From Eledone cirrhosa (Eukaryota), in the NCBI GenBank assembly GCA_964016885.1, contig OZ024742.1, positions 149,916,001 to 149,980,000 of the forward strand: a stretch of 64,000 nt of DNA, read 5' to 3'. The translations under genes and the position numbers were made by a program. This document shows, piece by piece, positions 56,947-64,000 of the stretch. The notes beneath the pieces are model-generated. The model saw only the letters and a program-made list of their open reading frames with translations. It did no database searches and was not told the origin of the DNA. How positions within the stretch are numbered: position 1 is the stretch's first letter; each line of letters starts with the position of its first letter.

Positions 56947-57627
56947 AAAGTTCAATCCAAATAGATATGTTGGCGTTCATATTGCTGCATATTTGGTGAT
57001 AAGCTTATTGGTTGGTTCCTGCACCTATCCACTACTCAGTTGTTAGAACTGATTGCAGCAACAACTGTTGCAACTTCCATCATTTCCTGCTCCAACACCT
57101 TACAGTACATTCCTACTGTTACCACTATCACCTCACATTGTTTCTTCTCTTTGCCATCAGGACATCATGCCACCATCATCACAACCACCCTAATTACAGA
57201 AACATCTTTGCTTTCACCTGAACTAGTTAATCCATGCCCCTCACATACACTACTATCTCTAAGAACTTTCCATCCTATTTATTATCCTTCTTGATCACCG
57301 TCACAACACTAACAACTTCTAGTTGCTTAACTTGCTGGAAATAGCAACCAAATTTCTCAAATCACGCACCTTTTTGTTCTTTTCTTTAAAAAAAAAAGGA
57401 AAGACATTGGATAATGTAGTCTGAAAATATAGGATGGTCATAAATGGAAAGCCTGAAAGTCTGAAAATATAGGATGGTCATAAATGGATCATAGGTGTGC
57501 TCAGTCAGGGCTCACATGAGGCTAAACAGCATTATAACATCAATTTAATATTAGCTAAACTTCTACAAGAATCAGCACCTACATACCATCAATTATATAT
57601 AAATTATATAATCATATTGCAGCATAG

Positions 57628-57968
57628 AGTTATGGCCCTTTACGTTCTGAGTTCAAATCCCGCCAAAGTTAGCTTTGCCTTTCATCCTTACGGGATCGAT
57701 AAAATAAAGCACCAGTAATGCACTGGGGTCGCTTAATCGACTTTCCCCTCTCCTTCAAATTGCTAGCCTTGTGCCTATAGTAGAAATCATTATATATTGG
57801 CAGTATCAGTAGAGGGTCGGACGCCATGCTTTCCAGCATAGTTACGTCCCTTTACGATCTGAGTTCAAGTCCCGCCGAGGTTGACTTTGCCTTACGGGGT
57901 CGATAAAATAAAGTACCAGTAATGCACTGGGTAATTGCTGGCCTTGTGCCTAAAGTAGAAACAATTAT
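57628..57968 (+). mobile_element. Tandem SINE pair (long variant, then short variant)
   Basis: Same arrangement as 7797-8125. Confidence 0.85.
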
Positions 57969-58228
57969 ATACATAAAATTATTTATATAGAGAGAAAGCG
58001 GTGAGGGGGGAGCGGTGAGGGGGGGGGGAAAGCGGTGAGGGGGAGAGGGGGGGTGCAGACAATCAGTCAAACATCCTCTTGTTTACTTCGCTCTCTCCTT
58101 CACACATTTCTTGATTGGTATGAAAATACGACAAGATGTATCTGCTACTTTTTTTTTCTTTCATCATTTCCTTCCTTGATGAGAAGCAATGCTGTTTAAT
58201 GGTGGTGGTAGAAGAGAAGTGTCTGTGT

Positions 58229-58269
<41 letters not shown>

Positions 58270-59014
58270 TGTGTGTGTAGCTATTAATTAGTTAATGTTA
58301 TCTGCAGAAGGAAAAGAAGATTAGTTAGCCTCTTCCCCCATTCTGCCCATCCCCACAAGAAAAAAATTAGATTTTAAACAACATACAAAAAAGGTTAACT
58401 TATGTACACACACACATCAAATATATAACTCATGGAGTAACTAGACTTATTACGCACAGCATTTTGCCATCACAATTGAAAATTTAGAAATCACCACCAC
58501 CATCACCATCACCACTTTGCTAAATATTTCTATTATGTTTCCTATGTTTGTTATATAATTTATCAACATGCATTATAGCAGACCGGGGGGTATCAGTGTT
58601 GAAGTTCATCTCATCTTTTTTTTCTGTCATTAAAAGTTAGTGGTACTGCTGCTTTTGGGTTGGCTTTCAGTTTATGACAGTGTTTCCTGAATTGGGTTCT
58701 GACAACTTGGCTGGATTAGTATCAAAAGTTATTAAAATTTGTTTGATAAATGACTTGATCTGAGAGTTTATGTTGAAAGAAAACGAATTGCATTTGGGAA
58801 GTTTTATGGCAGCTCCTTCTAACATAAATATTTATATATTCTCTTTTGTTTCATTTTAAGAGAAAGCAGAGATCTTGATGCATTTCAGGGCCTCCCAGAA
58901 CAAACATTGTAAGGCATTTTGTCCTATGGTCTGTCAGTTCTACCAATTCACTGTACTTAAATACATACTTACATGCATACACAGATACAGTATATGTGGA
59001 CACATAGATGCATG

Positions 59015-59086
<72 letters not shown>

Positions 59087-60124
59087 TGGGAGAGCCTTTA
59101 TGGTTTCACTTGATCTTAGAAATAGCAGTCAAACCTACCTCAAATCACACCACTACTGACTTATATAAAACATATATTGGAGAATAGAGTTCCTGATGGG
59201 GCAGTCTGCTGGAATATGGACACATTTAAATGGATAGTATGATGTATCAATACTGAAAGTACATGCAAGTATGAATTAACATAAAAATCATACACTTGAG
59301 AGGTAGTGTTGTATGCTGCAACATACACTCTCCCTCTCTATGGCTATATATATATCGACACACACACACACACACACACTCTCTCATATATATATATATA
59401 TACACACAAAACAGTAATTTGAATTTTTGTTCCTATGTTGGCAAAGTAGGTCACGGTGTCCGCACTGGCTGACCTCTTGGCAACATGTGTGCTCATTTCC
59501 CTTTATTTCGAGACCTGTTGCCAGCTTGTCTGAAGAAAGTGTCCAACAGGAGTTTATCTGAATTAACTAGCTTTATCATCTCATTCTGCTCTCATTTCTC
59601 AAAGGAGACACTACACAACCAGTTGGTCCCAGCAAGTAAAGCAATATAGACATTAAAAACAGACTCACTGGCCCTATCGACAAGAACTCAGAAGCTTTAT
59701 TCTCCGTTCTACTCCAACAAAAGGTTAGTTCATGCCTTAACAGTGTATCTCATCTTTCGAACTCCCTGCACACATGCATACACAATCAACAACACAGCCT
59801 AGCTTTCCTATTTTATCATCAATAGCCTTATTAAAATTATTTAAAGTAGTGATCATGGTTTATTGTTCATTCAATGACATTTCACACATCACTCCGTTTG
59901 GTACAGACCAAACTTATACATCACAGCTATCAAGCCAAACGTTTACTACCAAAAACACACTGCCAAACCACAATGAACATAAACTACTGAACAATGGACA
60001 AATACCAACCCAACCTAACCCATCATTACTAACTCCTCTCACTAAATATATCTGTACTTTACCAATTCTCTATAGGAATCTGTATTTGTCCACTCCCGCC
60101 CCCTCCCTCTCTCTATATATATAT

Positions 60125-60289
60125 CCACTGTAAACGTGGTTGGTGTTAGGAAGGGCATCCAGCCGTAGAAAACCTGCCAGACAGTCCTATACGAGCAAGA
60201 CAACCAATCTTGCCTCAAGTGGGACAATTCATGTCTAAACCCATGCTAGCATGGACGATAGACGTTAAACGATGATGATGATGGTGATG

Positions 60290-60292
<3 letters not shown>
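60125..60292 (+). mobile_element. RTE 3' UTR end
   Basis: Matches 33175-33331. Confidence 0.85.
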
Positions 60293-60344
<52 letters not shown>

Positions 60345-60904
60345 TCATTTCTCCTCATATGATGATATATTTGCCTTTGTCTCATTCTCTTTTTCTCACT
60401 TTTTTCTATTGTTTAGTTAACCTTTACAAGAGCTCTGAGATTGTTTTGAGGAAACAATGTATCCAATGGCATATCTAGAGTGAGTGCCACCTGGGGAATC
60501 CCTTGAGTTTAGTTCCCCACCTTTGATCCCCTGTTTAGATACATATGCCATAGCTTAAGTTGCTCAAAATTGAAAGGGTCCTTCAATTATGAGTAGTGCC
60601 CGGCATTAAAACCATTTTTATTTCAATACAGTCTATATAAGTTTATACAACAGACACAAAAGTGCAATCCCCATAAAAGTGTCACCAGGGACAGACACAA
60701 TCCTCACTCTCCATCCCTTCTTTCCCAGCTACGCAACTGAAGGTATCCTGAAAGTAAGCTCTGCTAAAAGCAACCACTATCCAGGCAGTGGTGTTAAACT
60801 GGGCAACAGATTACATATGCCATTCATGTAGTACACTTGGCCATTTTCTTTCTATATACATAAGACATTGTATCTATTCCTCTCTCATGTATAATACATA
60901 TATA

Positions 60905-61090
60905 TAATTGTTTCTATTTTAGGCACAAGGCTAGCAATTACCCAGTACATTACTGGTACTTTATTTTATCGACCCCGTAAGGATGAAAGGCAAAGTTAAT
61001 CTCGGCGGGATTTGAACTCAGATCATAAAGGGACGTAACTCTATGCTTCAAAGCATGGTGTCCGACTCTCTACCGTTACTGCCAATCACA
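60905..61090 (-). mobile_element. Short-variant tRNA SINE
   Basis: Reverse complement of the 22955-23135 family. Confidence 0.85.
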
Positions 61091-61426
61091 TATATATAAT
61101 ACATACATACATACATACATACACATCATATTCCTCCTCTGTCTCACTATGTGAAATAGTTTTATTTGTGAACGTGCATTGACAGGCACGTGCTTCTCTC
61201 TCTCTCCCCATTTCTCATCTTTCCCTCTCTCTCTCTATTAGTTGAATCTGCACGTGAATGCCAGAGTGAGTGCGCGTACATCCACCCTTTATCTTATGTG
61301 TGTGACTATCTGATTTTGCATTATATTGACAGATAAGGCAGTGCTAGGGAAATTTGACTAAACCACCTCTATATTTTTTCTCACTCATTCTCGTTCTTTA
61401 CACACTCGAGCATTATTTATTTGATG

Positions 61427-61471
<45 letters not shown>

Positions 61472-61473
<2 letters not shown>

Positions 61474-61568
61474 GGGTGTCACCAAATAACGTATATACAA
61501 CAGCATTCTAATAAATATTGCCTGTACAGGTAATCAACATGTGCATATATTTTTGGGGGGACACCCTG
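61472..61568. mobile_element. 97-bp Tc1/mariner-type MITE
   Basis: TIR CAGGGTGTC.CC.AAA / TTTTGGGGGGACACCCTG, followed by TA. Confidence 0.75.
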
Positions 61569-61584
61569 TATATATATATATTAT

Positions 61585-63940
<2,356 letters not shown>

Positions 63941-64000
63941 GTATATTGAAGTCAAAGTTTAGTAACGATTTAAATATACCACCCGCCTGCAAATATCATT

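Overview
Eukaryotic, AT-rich, repeat-saturated DNA. It is most likely intronic or intergenic sequence from an octopus-like cephalopod, inferred from the SINE families and the very high microsatellite density. I can support no host protein-coding exon; nearly all track ORFs are translations of simple repeats. Protein-like signal comes only from transposon relics: RTE LINEs (one APE fragment, two ~1.2-1.3 kb 3' copies, several short 3' ends), CR1/L2-like, R4/Dong-like, CRE-like and Penelope-like (PLE) fragments, an internally deleted hAT element with TIRs and an 8-bp TSD, a Charlie/Buster-type hAT relic, MITEs and many tRNA-derived SINEs. The most notable non-coding signal is a set of minimal type I hammerhead ribozyme motifs. 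Two have intact cores (11744-11800 and 15488-15552, both minus strand), the second lies in a ~130-bp inverted repeat, and all the well-formed ones lie near (TA)n tracts. A 3.5-kb 20-bp minisatellite flips strand twice at fold-back junctions. All calls were made by eye without database searches, and boundaries are approximate.
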